Position numbers and translations under genes: made by a program. A DNA stretch of 64,000 nt from Bacillota bacterium (lineage in GTDB: Bacteria > Bacillota > Dethiobacteria > DTU022 > UBA8154). Each line of letters starts with the position of its first letter. The first letter of the stretch is position 1. The notes beneath the pieces were generated by a model. The model worked only from the letters and a program-made list of their open reading frames with translations. It was not told where the DNA came from and made no database searches. The stretch lies in assembly GCA_012518675.1 (NCBI GenBank), contig JAAYRR010000115.1:7866-71865 (forward strand), given 5' to 3'. Below are positions 63,328 through 64,000 of the stretch, piece by piece.

Positions 63328-64000
63328 ATGAGATGCGTAGATTTAAAAAAGTGGAAATCAGCGGGGTCAACACCTATGAGCTGCCTACTATACCCTGGGA
63401 ACAAATGAAGGTTCTTTTCCAACGTTTGAATGCCGGGGAAACAGGGGTCAGGGAAGAACTGATTAAGGGTAATTTAAAATTAGTGTTAAGTGTGCTTAAA
63501 AATTTTACCAACCGCGGCGAAAATATGGATGATCTTTTTCAGATCGGGACGATCGGTTTGATGAAGGCCATCGATAATTTTTCCCTGGAACACGGCGTTC
63601 ACTTTTCCACGTATGCCGTGCCTATGATTTTGGGGGAAGTCAGGCGCTATCTCCGTGATAATAATTATATCCATATCAGCCGTTCCTTAAAAACCACGGC
63701 CCACCGTATTCAAGCAGCCCGGGAAAGTTTTCTGCAAAAAAATCAAAAGGAGCCGACTTTGACAGAGCTGGCGGCAGAAACGGATTTAACGCCGGAAGAA
63801 ATAGTATTTGCCTATAATGCCAATGCGGAACCGGTATCTTTTTTTGAACCGGTCTTTAAGGATAGCACAGATCCCCTGCAGGTGATCGATCTCTTGCCGG
63901 ACGATCAAAATGAAGATGAACGCCTGCTGGCAAAAATTGCATTGCAGGAGGCCTTGGGTAAACTGGAGCCCCGGGAGAGGTATATTTTGGTGGCACGGTT
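63328..64000 (+). CDS. sigG: Sporulation sigma factor SigG (SigF/SigG family), 3' end truncated by window edge
   Basis: The translation MRCVDLKKVEISGVNTYELP...LVLSVLKNFTNRGENMDDLFQIGTIGLMKAIDNF...STYAVPMILGEVRRYLRDNNYIHISRSL...KEPTLTELA...EEIVFAYNANAEPVSFFEPVF aligns closely with B. subtilis SigG. The ORF runs off the window end, so it is absent from the ORF track. Confidence 0.85.

Overview
This 64 kb window is the replication-origin region of an endospore-forming Firmicute (Clostridia/Bacilli-like gene order). It is almost entirely conserved housekeeping loci, read here from sequence alone.

Main blocks, in order:
- minus strand, ending at oriC: ilvE' (with a T-box leader), pycB/oadA-like carboxyltransferase, a membrane-anchored FAD flavoprotein, gyrA, gyrB, DUF370 (remB-like), a DUF721 (DciA-like) protein, recF, dnaN, dnaA, with DnaA-box clusters on both sides of dnaA;
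- plus strand from oriC: rpmH-rnpA-yidD-yidC-jag-mnmE-rsmG (no mnmG between them), noc-soj-spo0J with a perfect parS, yyaC (minus), an adk copy, DUF951, ychF, an AI-2E transporter, rpsF-ssb-rpsR, a GC-rich non-coding island, a small unknown ORF, rplI, lonC, dnaB;
- LysM/M23 peptidase, walR-walK-yycH-yycI, murA, a histidine phosphatase, an htrA-like protease, rlmH;
- a divergent pair (saccharopine-dehydrogenase-like gene and a B12-binding radical SAM/DUF4070 gene) next to an MBL hydrolase and a polyamine operon (pdaD-speE-speB);
- pyrG, sppA, a Yip1 membrane protein, fba, tal/fsa, glpX, a long rho leader, rho, a second LysM/M23 peptidase, rpmE, DUF1385, prfA, prmC, nikR (minus) and the 5' part of sigG.

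I found no tRNA or rRNA genes, CRISPR arrays, transposases or integrases, and no obvious mobile or defence island.

The things most worth follow-up are non-coding or contextual: a ~350 nt, ~70% GC island with 33-nt direct repeats between rpsR and rplI; a DciA-like DUF721 protein with a C-terminal zinc-ribbon extension next to oriC; a 19-nt perfect palindrome built from two DnaA boxes; a previously unlisted T-box leader and L34 gene; two candidate structured RNAs (pyrG-sppA spacer and rho leader); and the radical-SAM/SDH-like pair beside the polyamine genes.
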